Positions 9,141 to 19,611 of a stretch of 64,000 bases of DNA are shown here, in pieces. The notes under the pieces were generated by a model that saw only the letters and a list, made by a program, of their open reading frames with translations, did no database searches and had not been told where the DNA came from. This DNA is from Opitutales bacterium (GTDB lineage: Bacteria > Verrucomicrobiota > Verrucomicrobiia > Opitutales > Coraliomargaritaceae), in NCBI GenBank assembly GCA_049598495.1, contig JBMYNR010000002.1, positions 19,105 through 83,104 of the forward strand. The letters are read 5' to 3'. The first letter of the stretch is position 1, and each line of letters starts with the position of its first letter. A program made the position numbers and the translations under genes.

Positions 9141-9259
9141 ATCCTCGAGCGCCTCGAAGCGGATGATATTCCTCCCACAATCTCCTGCGCAAGCGCATGC
9201 GGAAGGATGAGTCCGGCGACAGCACTCGGGACGAAGACGACCTACTGGCCCGATTCTAG
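9141..9259 (+). pseudogene. decayed second copy of the mutS 3' end
   Basis: Hand alignment to 7270-7386 gives about 93 of 117 identical positions with a 2-nt indel. The tail frame reads NLLRKRMRKDESGDSTRDEDDLLARF-stop, against NLLRKRMQKEKSGGSTQDEDDQLALF-stop in mutS. Confidence 0.8.
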
Positions 9260-9319
9260 CGGCGCGCGCCCCACAGACAGTTTGTTAGGGATTCCGGATT
9301 AAACAGCCCGAATCCACCC

Positions 9320-9335
9320 GTTACACGTATGTAAC
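9320..9335. promoter_or_regulatory. inverted repeat GTTACA-CGTA-TGTAAC upstream of the TonB2-type cluster
   Basis: 6-bp arms, 4-nt spacer. About 75 nt upstream of the ATG at 9410. Confidence 0.35.
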
Positions 9336-9409
9336 ATTGCCGACACATAAGCTTAACAATCGCACACTTTCTTTTGAAATGGCTTTCTGCTATCGAGTCC
9401 CGCTCGCTT

Positions 9410-10171
9410 ATGAATACACGAATTTTAATCGCATTGGCCGTCGCCTTAAGCCTCGTGCCTCTCTCGCTCACCGCTCAGAATCAGGTCTCTGAGACTCGCA
9501 GCATTCTGGAAGAATGGGTGGAAACGCGTCAGATTGTTTCCAAGGAACGCGCAGACTGGGTCATCGAGAAATCGATTCTAGGTGACACTGTCGCGCTGCT
9601 CACGAAGGAACTCGAGCGGCTCAACAAGGCGTTGGAGGATCTAGAAGCCTCCGCAACAGCGGCGGACGAGGATCGGACGAAGCTCGCCGCCGAAAAAGAG
9701 AGGCTGACCGCAGCCTCTGCCGTCGTAGAGGGAAACATTGGCGCGCTCGAGACGCAACTAAAGCGCATCATCAAGTCACTCCCGGAGCCACTTGTTGAGA
9801 AGATTAAGCCCCTCATTCGCCGCCTCCCCGACAACCCGGAGGAGACCGGCCTCTCCCTCGGAGAGCGTGTCCAGAACATCGTCGGCATTCTCAGCCAAGC
9901 CGACAAGTTCAACACCACGATCACCCAAACCAGCGACTCGCGCGAGCTTGAGAGCGGTAAAACTGTCGAGGTGCGCACACTCTACTGGGGTCTCGCCATG
10001 GCTTACTATGTCGATGCCTCCGGAAGCTACGCGGGAATCGGATTCCCCGGAGCCGAGGGATGGGAATGGCCGCAAGTCGAAGGCAAAGGTGCGGAGATCA
10101 AACGACTGATCGACGTCTACGAAGGAGTCGAGGATATCCAGTTCGTAGAAGTGCCTGCCCAAATCAACTAG
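9410..10171 (+). CDS. DUF3450/TtpB-like periplasmic coiled-coil protein
   Basis: I prefer the ATG at 9410 (signal peptide [23 protein letters not shown]) over the TTG at 9374. Coiled-coil N-terminal half. Position ahead of a large MotA/ExbB gene matches TonB2-type clusters. Confidence 0.65.
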   Translation: MNTRILIALAVALSLVPLSLTAQNQVSETRSILEEWVETRQIVSKERADWVIEKSILGDTVALLTKELERLNKALEDLEASATAADEDRTKLAAEKERLTAASAVVEGNIGALETQLKRIIKSLPEPLVEKIKPLIRRLPDNPEETGLSLGERVQNIVGILSQADKFNTTITQTSDSRELESGKTVEVRTLYWGLAMAYYVDASGSYAGIGFPGAEGWEWPQVEGKGAEIKRLIDVYEGVEDIQFVEVPAQIN

Positions 10172-10193
10172 AACTTTCTAACAAGCTTCGATC

Positions 10194-11609
10194 ATGCACA
10201 GAAATGCTAAATCTCTCCTAGCTGCGATCGCACTCCTCGCGGTTCCCTTTGCTACGGCCAGTGCCCAGTCATTCAACCCGGTCAGCGCCGGAGCCGAAAA
10301 GGACCTCGAATCTGCGCTCGCAGAACTGACGAAGACCCGCTCTGATATCGCGGCCGAGAAAATCCCACTCATCCGGGAAGTCTCCGCTCTTGAGGACGAT
10401 GTTCGCCAGAAGTCCAGTCAATTGGATCGTCTCCGTCGTCTCCGTGACAATAGCGATCTGGGCCTGAACCGCCTTCGCGAACAAGTCGAAGCCATCACCA
10501 CTCAGAATGAATACGCAGCGGGGCTGCTCGACGAATTCGTCCGCACCTTCGAGACGCGCGTCGATTTCAGTGAGACTCAGCTCTACTCAGCTTCCGCGGA
10601 GGAGGCTCGCCTCGCGATCGATGACCCGGATCTCACACAAGCCGATCTTTTCAACAAACAGATCGAAGTCATCGGCATTGCGCTTGACCGCCTCGAACAA
10701 TTAACGGGTGGCTATACCTTCGAAGGCAAAGCACTGGCCCCTACAGGCGAGATCGAAACAGGGAGCTTCGCCGTTTTCGGCCCATCGGTTTACTTCGCAT
10801 CGAGCGAGTCCGATCTGGCAGGCACCACTTTCAATAAACTCAATGCTGCTGAAGCAGCGATCGCAGTGCCTGGTGTCGAATTTGCCGCCGGTATCCGCGA
10901 GTTGGTGACGGGCGGGGATGGCGCCATCCCAGCTGACGCTACATTAGGCAAGGCTCTGAAAATCGCCGAGGGTGACGACAGTCTTCTCGAGCATATGGCC
11001 AAGGGCGGCAGTGTCGGTTATGTCATTATAGGTCTCGGTGTCGTCTGCTTACTACTGGGCCTCTTCAAGGTCCAGGAAGTGACCTCTTTCAAGACACCCG
11101 CACCCGAAGACGTGCAATCAATTATAACCCACTTGGAGAATCAGGATCTTCAGAGCGCCCGCTCCAAGGCGGCGTCCGTCCCCGGCCAAGGCGGTGCTCT
11201 CCTCGTAAAGGGCGTCCAATTTGCCGATGAGAAACGCGGCACGCTCGAGGAGATCCTCTATGAGAAAATCCTCGCGGTTCGACCCAAGCTCGAGCGTTTT
11301 CTGCCCTTCATTGCTCTTACGGCTGCAGCTGCGCCCCTTCTTGGACTGCTCGGAACGGTGACGGGTATGATTCAGACCTTCAACTTGATCACCATTTTCG
11401 GAACGGGCGACGCAAAAAGCCTCTCCTCCGGCATCTCTCAGGCACTCGTCACCACCGAACTCGGCCTCATCGTGGCGATTCCTGCGTTGATCCTCCACGG
11501 ACTGCTGGCTCGTATGGCACGCCAGAAGATCGGCGACCTTGAACAGACAGCCGTTGGTTTCATCAACGGAGCCCTCGGTGCCCGCAACAGCCAAAAGGAC
11601 GAGGCCTAA
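10194..11609 (+). CDS. large MotA/TolQ/ExbB-family proton channel protein (TtpC-like)
   Basis: 471 aa. Signal peptide, long periplasmic coiled-coil, C-terminal [15 protein letters not shown]...[15 protein letters not shown]. Confidence 0.8.
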   Translation: MHRNAKSLLAAIALLAVPFATASAQSFNPVSAGAEKDLESALAELTKTRSDIAAEKIPLIREVSALEDDVRQKSSQLDRLRRLRDNSDLGLNRLREQVEAITTQNEYAAGLLDEFVRTFETRVDFSETQLYSASAEEARLAIDDPDLTQADLFNKQIEVIGIALDRLEQLTGGYTFEGKALAPTGEIETGSFAVFGPSVYFASSESDLAGTTFNKLNAAEAAIAVPGVEFAAGIRELVTGGDGAIPADATLGKALKIAEGDDSLLEHMAKGGSVGYVIIGLGVVCLLLGLFKVQEVTSFKTPAPEDVQSIITHLENQDLQSARSKAASVPGQGGALLVKGVQFADEKRGTLEEILYEKILAVRPKLERFLPFIALTAAAAPLLGLLGTVTGMIQTFNLITIFGTGDAKSLSSGISQALVTTELGLIVAIPALILHGLLARMARQKIGDLEQTAVGFINGALGARNSQKDEA

Positions 11610-11638
11610 GTCACGGCCATTCAAAAAAACATTTCGGG

Positions 11639-12223
11639 ATGTTCGAGAAAATCGTAGATATCTGGCTGAGCGGCGGATGGGTCATGATCCCGCTGGCCGC
11701 GTTAGCTGTCTTGATCTACTCGAACGGCATTCAATTGCTGCTTTTCCTGCGCAAGGGCAACATCCAGCTCGGGCACGAGTCAGAGTGGATGACCTGGATC
11801 TACAATCCGAGCCAAGCAACAGGACGGGCAGGCGAGATCATCCGCTATACCCAGGAGAACGTCACCGCGGCCAAGCACGTTCGCAACCGTTTCGTGGAGG
11901 TGCGCCAGACCATGCTCCACAATATCGAGCGTCGACTCATCTTCCTGAATACACTGGTCGCCGCTGCACCGCTCATGGGCCTGCTGGGCACCGTGATCGG
12001 GATGCTCGGCACCTTCTCCGCAATCTCAGCTGGCGGCGGAGCCGAAACCGCCGCGATGGTCGCAGCTGGAATTTCCGAAGCGCTCATCACCACTCAGACG
12101 GGCCTCTTTGTGGCACTTCCGGGCATCTTTCTCGTTTTGATCATCCGTCGCCGCAAGCACGCTGTCGAAGCCGCCCTCGCGCGCATCGAATCCCTCAGCC
12201 TAACCAAGCTCCAACTGGATTAG
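11639..12223 (+). CDS. exbB: ExbB/TolQ-type proton channel
   Basis: 194 aa. [15 protein letters not shown]...[15 protein letters not shown]. Confidence 0.85.
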   Translation: MFEKIVDIWLSGGWVMIPLAALAVLIYSNGIQLLLFLRKGNIQLGHESEWMTWIYNPSQATGRAGEIIRYTQENVTAAKHVRNRFVEVRQTMLHNIERRLIFLNTLVAAAPLMGLLGTVIGMLGTFSAISAGGGAETAAMVAAGISEALITTQTGLFVALPGIFLVLIIRRRKHAVEAALARIESLSLTKLQLD

Positions 12224-12248
12224 TCAATCCGCCATCATTCATTCAATA

Positions 12249-12647
<399 letters not shown>

Positions 12648-12692
12648 AGCCTTCCAGCGTTTCCATCTTTCAGGTTTTCAGCATTTCAAGAG

Positions 12693-13349
12693 ATGTCTAA
12701 GATCTACAATCCACCCCAGCACCGCAAAGGCATGATGGCCACGGGCACCGTGCTCGGCATCGCTGTGAGTGGATTACTCTTTCTTGCGATTCCCTTGACG
12801 CAGATCTTCATGAGCTATCAGAAATCTCCTGAGGAAATCGAGGCGATCGACATTGCGCCACCTCCGCCTCCACCTCCACCAGAGGATCCACCACCGCCGC
12901 CAGAGCCGGAACAGGAGGAACCTCCACCAGAACTGAATACCCCTCCCCCACCGATCACACTGGAACAACTCGATATGGCCCTAAACCCGGGAACGGGTGC
13001 CTCGCTTGCGGGCGACTTTGCCCTGCCGACCCTCGACATCAGTGGCAGCGATCTGGGTGGTTTGGAAATTTTTGATTTGGGCGATGTCGACTCGCCACCC
13101 AAGCCACGCACACGCATTGAGTTTAGCTATCCTTCCGCCGCTAAGCGCAAGGGCATCACCGGTGTGGTTAAAGTCGAATACGTGGTCAACGAACGTGGCC
13201 GCGTCGAGCAGATCAATATCGTCGAATCCCCTGACAAGATTCTATCCAAGGGCACCGAGGAAGTCCTCGAGCGTGCCCGGTTCGAGCCCGCCCAAAAAGG
13301 TGGCCGTGAAGTTAAAGTCCGCATGCGCGCCGCGATTCCTTACCGGTAA
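12693..13349 (+). CDS. tonB: energy transducer TonB
   Basis: 218 aa. N-terminal TM helix, [25 protein letters not shown] spacer, C-terminal [20 protein letters not shown] TonB_C fold. Confidence 0.85.
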   Translation: MSKIYNPPQHRKGMMATGTVLGIAVSGLLFLAIPLTQIFMSYQKSPEEIEAIDIAPPPPPPPPEDPPPPPEPEQEEPPPELNTPPPPITLEQLDMALNPGTGASLAGDFALPTLDISGSDLGGLEIFDLGDVDSPPKPRTRIEFSYPSAAKRKGITGVVKVEYVVNERGRVEQINIVESPDKILSKGTEEVLERARFEPAQKGGREVKVRMRAAIPYR

Positions 13350-13435
13350 CATTTAAGAAATTCGAATTAAGAAAGAAGGCCGCTCACATTCTCCTCATCC
13401 CATATCACAGATCACGTATCTCAAATCCCTTTCTC

Positions 13436-14791
13436 ATGAACAAGTTCATCGCACTCCTCCTTGCCGCCACGGTGGCGACCCACGCATCCATCGCGCAGTC
13501 TAATATCAATAGCCAGCTCTGGAGCGACCCGACCTTCGTCAACGAGTTTCTCGGCAGCTATGGTTTCCTCGCAGGCGCAGAGCCGCCCCTCTCCGAGGAA
13601 GAGAAAGAAGGTCTGCGAAACTTGATCGACCTGATCAAGGCAAGTCCTGCGGCGGCTATTCAGGCGCTGGAACCGCAGATTACAAAGAGCAGCAGCGCCG
13701 CGTTCGACTTCATTCTGGCGAACCTGTATTTCCAGGAGGCCAATCTCGCCAAGGCAGAAACCTACTACACAAACGCAGTCGTCAAACATCCCGACTTCCG
13801 CCGTGCATACAAAAACCTTGGTCTCGTACAAGTCCAGCAGGGCAATTTTGACAAGGCCATTAAAACCATCTCCAAAGCTATGGAGCTCGGTGAAGTCGAC
13901 GGCCGTTCCTACGGCCTTCTTGGTTACGGTTATCTCACACAAGAGAAATACTACCCCGCCGAAGCGGCCTACCGGCAAGCGATCCTGATGCAGCCCGACG
14001 TCACCGACTGGAAGATCGGCCTCGCCCGCTGCCTCCTTGAAACCGAGCGCTATGCCGATGCGATCGCGATCTTTGAAACCCTGCTGATCGAAGAACCGAC
14101 CAACGCGGACTACTGGCTTCTTCAAGCCAACGCCTACCTCGGTAACGACCAACCGCTTGTCGCCGCCAAGAACCTCGACGTGGTTCGCCGTCTCGGCAAG
14201 GCCGAGCTCAGCACCCTCACCCTTCTCGGCGACATCTACATGAACGCCGACGCTGCAGAACTGGCTCTTGAGTCCTACCTCGCCGCAAGCGAACTGGCCA
14301 CGCCTAGCGACAGCTCGGCTCTCATTCGCGCCGCTCAGCTTCTCAACCAGACGGGGAATGAAGACGAGGCTGAGACGATGATCACAAAAATCCGCAGCCA
14401 GATCGGCGAGGGGCTCTCGGAGGACGATGAGCTCACTCTCCTCAATATGGAGGCCAAGATCGCTCGCGCCCAGGGTGACGCGGAGGCCGCTGCCGATCTG
14501 CTCACGCAGATCATCGAGCGGGACGCACTCAACGGCGAAGCCATTATCGAATTAGCAAATTTCTACGCAGATCAGGGAGAAATGGCTAAGGCGATCAACC
14601 GCTATGAACAGGCCCAGAAGATCGAAGCTTACGAGCGCAAGGCCTTGGTCGCCCACGCGCAGGCCCGTGTGCGCAACGAAGAATACGTAGAAGCTCTGCC
14701 ACTTCTTCGCCGCGCCCTCCAGCTTGAGTCCGACAGCAACCTCGAAGATTACGCCAAACGCGTCGAACGAGCCGCCCGCGCCCAGGGTTAG
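13436..14791 (+). CDS. secreted TPR-repeat protein (TtpD-like position)
   Basis: 451 aa. Signal peptide; repeated TPR-like A/L/Y patterns ([20 protein letters not shown] etc.). Confidence 0.7.
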   Translation: MNKFIALLLAATVATHASIAQSNINSQLWSDPTFVNEFLGSYGFLAGAEPPLSEEEKEGLRNLIDLIKASPAAAIQALEPQITKSSSAAFDFILANLYFQEANLAKAETYYTNAVVKHPDFRRAYKNLGLVQVQQGNFDKAIKTISKAMELGEVDGRSYGLLGYGYLTQEKYYPAEAAYRQAILMQPDVTDWKIGLARCLLETERYADAIAIFETLLIEEPTNADYWLLQANAYLGNDQPLVAAKNLDVVRRLGKAELSTLTLLGDIYMNADAAELALESYLAASELATPSDSSALIRAAQLLNQTGNEDEAETMITKIRSQIGEGLSEDDELTLLNMEAKIARAQGDAEAAADLLTQIIERDALNGEAIIELANFYADQGEMAKAINRYEQAQKIEAYERKALVAHAQARVRNEEYVEALPLLRRALQLESDSNLEDYAKRVERAARAQG

Positions 14792-14823
14792 AGAGGACGC
14801 CCCGCTTCTGCAGGCATCGGATC

Positions 14824-14848
14824 GTAGTGACATCCGCTTGCGGATGTC
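14824..14848. repeat. GTAG + 9-bp-stem hairpin (REP-like; possible terminator of the TPR gene)
   Basis: GTAG-T-GACATCCGC-TT-GCGGATGTC. Confidence 0.55.
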
Positions 14849-15045
14849 TCCGACTATCCCGGCATAGACACCGCCAACACACGAGCCCCGAACGGATAAA
14901 GATACGCACGATAATGCACTCTTACCTCAGGCCGCGCCGTGCAATCGGCACCCATAGGCCAAACCCGGACAAGACAAGTCGGCGGACTCCGTCGGGTCGC
15001 GTTCCCGGGATCGCCAGACTCCCGTCTGGCTCAGGGCTGGAGCCA

Positions 15046-15435
15046 TCAGTAACCCAGCACCTCCAACCCCTCCACACGCGAGAACTCCCGCGCATTACGT
15101 GTCACCACCGCCGCATCATTCGCCAGCGCCGTTGCTGCGATCCAGAGATCATTGGCACCGATCATCTTTCCATCCCGCTGCAGTTGTCGGTAGGCCTGCC
15201 CAAATCTCCATGCGACTTCCGGTGTGTATTCATACAACCGAAACGGTTTGATAAAACGCTCCCACTTCGCACGATCGATCCCCAGCGATCGCCCAGCGGC
15301 CAACTCGCCGGCAATGGTAAACGTTATTGCAAACGCGGTGTTTTCGTGCGCTGCCAAAAAGGCGACCGCTCCATCCAGCAAGCCCCGTTTCCGATCCCTT
15401 TCGAAATCCACCAGAAACGTTGAATCCAAAATCAT
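15046..15435 (-). CDS. vapC: PIN-domain toxin VapC
   Basis: 129 aa. MILDSTFLVDFER; IGANDLWIAATAL; VTRNAREF. Confidence 0.8.
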   Translation of the reverse strand: MILDSTFLVDFERDRKRGLLDGAVAFLAAHENTAFAITFTIAGELAAGRSLGIDRAKWERFIKPFRLYEYTPEVAWRFGQAYRQLQRDGKMIGANDLWIAATALANDAAVVTRNAREFSRVEGLEVLGY

Positions 15436-15668
15436 GGGATATCCGGAGGGGCATCATTCACATTGAGGGCATCAATCGCATCAAAATCCCCATCATCCAA
15501 AAAGACCTCCCTCGCGAGCAATTCGCGTCCACATATACCCGCAACCGGAACCTGCACACGCCGCACCACCTCTGAGAACGACTCTCGCGGAAAGCGCTTG
15601 GCAGACTTCAGCTTTTCATAAGCATCCAGCTCTAAACTGATCGTTTTGGTTGGCATACAACTATTCAT
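15432..15668 (-). CDS. antitoxin partner of the PIN toxin
   Basis: 78 aa. PTKTISLELDAYEKLKSAKRFPRESFSEVVRR. 4-nt overlap with the toxin start. Confidence 0.65.
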   Translation of the reverse strand: MNSCMPTKTISLELDAYEKLKSAKRFPRESFSEVVRRVQVPVAGICGRELLAREVFLDDGDFDAIDALNVNDAPPDIP

Positions 15669-15685
15669 GCATGAGTATGCATGAA
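15664..15685. promoter_or_regulatory. inverted repeat TTCATGCAT-GAGT-ATGCATGAA, candidate operator of vapBC-2
   Basis: 9-bp perfect arms. The left arm covers the antitoxin start codon. Confidence 0.45.
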
Positions 15686-15687
15686 TG

Positions 15688-16116
15688 TCAATCCAGCGGA
15701 TGCCGCCACATCAAGGGCGCGTATCTCGCAAAACCACGATCCAGACTGGCCCACTCGTACCCATACTCGATCGCAAGCGCCGCGTGGTAGGCATCCGGAA
15801 TTCGATTGCCCGTCGCCTCAAATGTAGAGAGCAATTTAACGAAGATGCTCCAGTGCTCCGAACCGGGAACCGCAATACGCACGGATCCGCGCGCCCGGAA
15901 ATCCTCCACAAACTCTATGGCTTCGGCTAGGGGTGTCGGCTCCCGAAACACCCTCGGATGCGTCACAACGCGCAGGAACCCGCTGAGAACCAACTCTGAA
16001 ACACCGACCCCGGAGTAGCTTTTCATCTCTGCAGCCAGCCAGTCGCGAATCGCGCCATGATGGGGCGCATCCTCACGATGCGCTTCGACCAAAATGTTGA
16101 CGTCCAGTAGCTTCAC
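15688..16116 (-). CDS. vapC: PIN-domain toxin VapC (paralog of 4360-4794)
   Basis: 142 aa. MKLLDVNILVEAHREDAPHH parallels MIALDTNILIHAHRRDASLH. Confidence 0.8.
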   Translation of the reverse strand: MKLLDVNILVEAHREDAPHHGAIRDWLAAEMKSYSGVGVSELVLSGFLRVVTHPRVFREPTPLAEAIEFVEDFRARGSVRIAVPGSEHWSIFVKLLSTFEATGNRIPDAYHAALAIEYGYEWASLDRGFARYAPLMWRHPLD

Positions 16117-16119
16117 CGC

Positions 16120-16365
16120 TCAATCGGTCCCGTCCATCAAGTCGCCGAGCGCGGCGTTATCGCTCAACGGCACACCAGGACGGAGGCCACCACCCTTGTA
16201 GGTTTTCAAAGGCCTGCCTTCCTCCGCCCCGACCAACGGCGCCTTCTCAATGAGACGGTAGCGCAGCGCATCGTTGACGATGTCGCTCAACGTGCACTTC
16301 TCCCGAATCGCCTGCTCTTTTGCCCGCTCCAGTAAGCTGTCCTGTATACCCACGGTCGTTCTCAT
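16120..16365 (-). CDS. vapB: VapB-type antitoxin (paralog of 4121-4363)
   Basis: 81 aa. MRTTVGIQDSLLERAKEQAIREKCTLSDIV parallels MRTTIDMPDSLMKRVKLAA. Confidence 0.7.
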   Translation of the reverse strand: MRTTVGIQDSLLERAKEQAIREKCTLSDIVNDALRYRLIEKAPLVGAEEGRPLKTYKGGGLRPGVPLSDNAALGDLMDGTD

Positions 16366-16386
16366 TACATGATGATGTATTAGCTA

Positions 16387-16400
16387 TGCATCATGATGCA
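16387..16400. promoter_or_regulatory. 14-bp perfect palindrome TGCATCATGATGCA, candidate operator of vapBC-3
   Basis: Self-complementary. About 22 nt upstream of the antitoxin start at 16365. Confidence 0.45.
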
Positions 16401-16541
16401 AACTAAAATATTCCTCCGAAGCATAACCGCCCCCCTTCGTTCACCAATCCTCAACCATTCTGTAACTCGAAACAGAAGCTTCACCAACGTCACCTGAACG
16501 TCGGTAGCCCTCGGGCCCGCGCTGCGATATAATTGTGCGTG

Positions 16542-17315
16542 ATGATCACACGTTTTCCTATTCTTCTCGTAGCCTCCGTGCTGCTCGCCGTCGCGGCGCA
16601 CGCCAACACTCACGACCCGCAACTTCAGAAAGTCCTGCACAAGCACCTCGATGCCATGGGCGGCCTCGCCAACTGGAACCGGGTCGAGAGCATCCAGCTC
16701 AACGGCACGATCGAGCGCGACGGACAGTTCGTCGACCTCGTTATCGTCAAAAAGCGCCCCAACCAGATCCGAGCGACCGTCACCATTCCGGTGCCTGGCA
16801 AAGAGGACGAGTTTTTCCAGATCATCCGCGCCCACGACGGCAAGACCGCCTGGACCGCAACGCGCCTCGCCGGCCAGCTCGACATGACCCGAGAAGTACT
16901 CCCCGAAGAAGCTGCCGCCAAACTCCTAGCCGACGCCGGTGTCCTCCCCCCGCTTATCAAACTCTGGCGCGGAGACGCCGACTTGAAACTCCTTGTTTCT
17001 GAGGTTATAGACAGCCAGAATTATCACACCATCCGCGTGACGGGTGAGGATTTTCCCAGCGAATACACCTTCTACCTCGACGCCGAGACTTACTTCGTCA
17101 CACAGTACGAAACCGTCCACCCGACTCATGGCGTTACCCGCACATCACTGGGCGATTACACGAAAACGCACAACGTTCTCCTCCCGAAGCGTAACGAGAT
17201 TCAGGCAGATCAGACCGGCCAATCCATCATGACTACGGATTCAATCAAAGTCGGGGTCGGCATCTACCGGGAGTATTTCGAGGCAGACAACCTGCCGAAT
17301 ACTGCCAAGCTATAA
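16542..17315 (+). CDS. secreted protein of unknown function (LolA/lipoprotein-sorting-like fold is a guess); paralog family A
   Basis: ATG at 16542 gives signal peptide MITRFPILLVASVLLAVAAHA. Shares the C-terminal motif D/ESIxVGVGIYxEYFE with 18484-18822, and overall layout with 63214-64000. Confidence 0.6.
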   Translation: MITRFPILLVASVLLAVAAHANTHDPQLQKVLHKHLDAMGGLANWNRVESIQLNGTIERDGQFVDLVIVKKRPNQIRATVTIPVPGKEDEFFQIIRAHDGKTAWTATRLAGQLDMTREVLPEEAAAKLLADAGVLPPLIKLWRGDADLKLLVSEVIDSQNYHTIRVTGEDFPSEYTFYLDAETYFVTQYETVHPTHGVTRTSLGDYTKTHNVLLPKRNEIQADQTGQSIMTTDSIKVGVGIYREYFEADNLPNTAKL

Positions 17316-17321
17316 TTGAAC

Positions 17322-18377
17322 TCAATTCAGCAATGGGCGCTCAACCGGATCAACCTGCAGGTTCCGGAAACTCCGCATCCCGCCCCATTCGGCGCAGCGC
17401 ATAGGGTAGGCATTACACTTCCGAACTAGGCCGTATCGGCTCTTCCACTGCCCACCCAAATCCGACAGAAAATGTTCTGAACCGATCGCTGTGCCCGCAG
17501 TGAAATAACGGACTCGAGTGCGTAGCACATCCGACAGCGGCAGCTTTCCCCCATCCGCGATGATTCTGTCCGCACGTCCCGGATCAACTCGGCCACGGTC
17601 TTTGACTAAGGTCCCCTTACTCGTCATGCCTTTGCCGTAGAGAATCACCCGATAATCCGGCAATAGTTCGCTCCACATCGCACTACCGCAAAATACACCC
17701 TGGTAGCCCATGCGAGCTGCCCGACGCCCCCGCATAGCTGCGCCATAGCTGCTGAACGCATAATCCTCAGGGTCATCGACTAATCCTGCGCGCACCGGGT
17801 TCAGATCGATGTAGGCTGCAACGGTGGTCAGCGCTTCCCTGGAAGACTCCACCACCACACTCGTGAAGCGTTTCGCCCAAATCGTTCCTTTATTCTGGTG
17901 TCGATGATTGTACCAAATCCCGAACCGCTGTTTCAATTCCCGCATAAAGACTGAAAGGTCGTGCATCCGCGCAAGGATTCGCACCCGCAAGGCCTGCCCC
18001 TCCTCCTCATTCCGTTCCAGCAGTCCGGCCAAGACATCGGGAGCCGCCGAAGATGCCGGACAGTGCTTCGAATCATAAAGTAAGCGGTAGCGGCGCAGTA
18101 GCTCCGCATCGGTGATCGCCACATCCTCCGGCACCGCCACCAGCAGGTGGAAGTGGTTTCCCATCACGCAATAGGCCAGCACATCCACTCCACAGAAACC
18201 CGCCTGCCTACGCAACATTTCGACGAACACCCGTTTTGCTTCATCGTCGAAAAGATACTGCCCGCACGAAGTCCGGCTCATCACATGATAACCCCCCCGC
18301 TGCCCCTCGACCAACAAACGCCCCCGATACCCCGCACGCCTCAGATAACTCGCTTCCATAACTTCACACTCACCCAT
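17322..18377 (-). CDS. IS200/IS605-type Y1 (HUH) transposase, RAYT-like
   Basis: 351 aa. HUH motif MGNHFHLLV; IWAKRFTSVVVE; tyrosine region AAYIDLNPVRAGLVDDPEDYAFSSY. Confidence 0.75.
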   Translation of the reverse strand: MGECEVMEASYLRRAGYRGRLLVEGQRGGYHVMSRTSCGQYLFDDEAKRVFVEMLRRQAGFCGVDVLAYCVMGNHFHLLVAVPEDVAITDAELLRRYRLLYDSKHCPASSAAPDVLAGLLERNEEEGQALRVRILARMHDLSVFMRELKQRFGIWYNHRHQNKGTIWAKRFTSVVVESSREALTTVAAYIDLNPVRAGLVDDPEDYAFSSYGAAMRGRRAARMGYQGVFCGSAMWSELLPDYRVILYGKGMTSKGTLVKDRGRVDPGRADRIIADGGKLPLSDVLRTRVRYFTAGTAIGSEHFLSDLGGQWKSRYGLVRKCNAYPMRCAEWGGMRSFRNLQVDPVERPLLN

Positions 18378-18413
18378 CCAGCCAAATTGAGCAAGCTCAT
18401 TCTTAATAAATAG

Positions 18414-18482
18414 CCTGTGTATTTTAAGATCCTGTGTATTTTAAGATCCTGTATTTTAAGATCCTGTGTATTTTAAGATCCT
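18414..18482. repeat. tandem repeat, 4 units of CCTGTGTATTTTAAGAT (17,17,15,17 nt) plus a partial fifth
   Basis: Read directly. Begins 36 nt beyond the RAYT start codon and runs into the truncated paralog. Confidence 0.9.
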
Positions 18483-18483
18483 C

Positions 18484-18822
18484 GAAGGAACTGATATAGC
18501 ACTTTCAGATGTAAGTGATTTCAACGGAGAACCCGCGTATATCCTCGAAGTTCACCAAGCATTTGCACTGACGCATTTTTATATTTCTACCGACAGCTAC
18601 CGAATGCTGGGCTCTGAAAAAATATCCGCTGAAGGCCGCACCGCTACGACATACGAAGCATATCAATTGAATAATGGCGTCTACATCCCAACCGTATCAG
18701 TAATCGAATCTGAAGGCACTGGTCATTCAATCATTACAACTGAATCAATCGAGATCGGAGTAGGTATCTACGAAGAGTATTTCGAATATACACCATCTCA
18801 TCAAACCGCGCACACGCGATGA
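18484..18822 (+). pseudogene. 5'-truncated copy of paralog family A (C-terminal ~110 aa only)
   Basis: Aligns to the C-terminal half of 16542-17315: HSIITTESIEIGVGIYEEYFE against QSIMTTDSIKVGVGIYREYFE. No signal peptide or N-terminal half. The apparent start lies inside the tandem repeat. Confidence 0.65.
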
Positions 18823-18933
18823 GGACGACCCCCATGAAACCACATGTTGTTTGAAGGCCTACGGCGGGGGCATGTAACATTAAATTCACACAAGTAATAT
18901 TGAACGATTCTCTAATCGCTAAAATATTGCGAC

Positions 18934-19611
18934 ATGCTAAATCCACTAAAAGCATGGCAGAGAAGATTATGCAAAGGCACTTTGCTTATTTTGGTGTGTC
19001 TGTTTGCGAGACATGCAAGTGGTGAATCTGACTACTATAAGCTCCGAGGTGTATTGCATTTAGATAGAGAATGGCTTTTTAGCCTAAGTACGGAAAACGC
19101 CTCAAATGCTTTGTGGGCAAAGATTGGGCAGAACCCATACGGGATCTTCGTAATCGGCTTCGACGAATCGACCCAGAGGCTCCGGCTCAGTATTCACGGG
19201 CAAGAAACGGAACTGCAGCTAGAGAATAAACTCGAAATTCCTGTCGAACTCATTGTAAGCGAGGCCACATCATTGCATTCTCGGAACGAAAGATACCGAG
19301 AGGCCGTCCGAATAGCAGCGACTTTCCTCATTCAGACGCCGAGAGCAGACATACTTGATGCACCGATCGACGAGACCTACAGAAGAGTGCTTGAGGAATC
19401 CCGTAATGAGATTGCTGCGCGCACATCCAGCCCGATCGGGCCGACAGACAATACGGAGACCCGTGTAGACCCCAATCAACTCGATCTATTTAATACTTTT
19501 CAGTGGGATGTACAATTAGAGTTAAGGCACCAAATTCAGCTTAAAATCGCAGAAGCCAATCCGACAGTAATCCCAGTAGTGGAGCAGGCCTGGGAAAACG
19601 GTCAACGTTGA
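18934..19611 (+). CDS. hypothetical secreted protein (orphan, AT-rich)
   Basis: 225 aa. Hydrophobic N-terminus LLILVCLFARHASG. No recognisable motif. Confidence 0.5.
   Translation: MLNPLKAWQRRLCKGTLLILVCLFARHASGESDYYKLRGVLHLDREWLFSLSTENASNALWAKIGQNPYGIFVIGFDESTQRLRLSIHGQETELQLENKLEIPVELIVSEATSLHSRNERYREAVRIAATFLIQTPRADILDAPIDETYRRVLEESRNEIAARTSSPIGPTDNTETRVDPNQLDLFNTFQWDVQLELRHQIQLKIAEANPTVIPVVEQAWENGQR

Noticed and set aside
8492-9166. 224-aa plus-strand ORF overlapping the polymerase gene
   Set aside because: It is an alternative frame of the Y-family polymerase. The polymerase frame carries the catalytic motifs.
13421-14152. 243-aa minus-strand ORF
   Set aside because: It is antisense to the TPR gene that completes the TonB cluster.
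14827-15423. 198-aa plus-strand ORF
   Set aside because: It runs from a non-coding gap into the antisense of vapC. It is Arg/Pro-rich with no motif.
18414-18482. Possible CRISPR array
   Set aside because: The units are directly abutting with no spacers, are only 15-17 nt long, and there are no cas genes.
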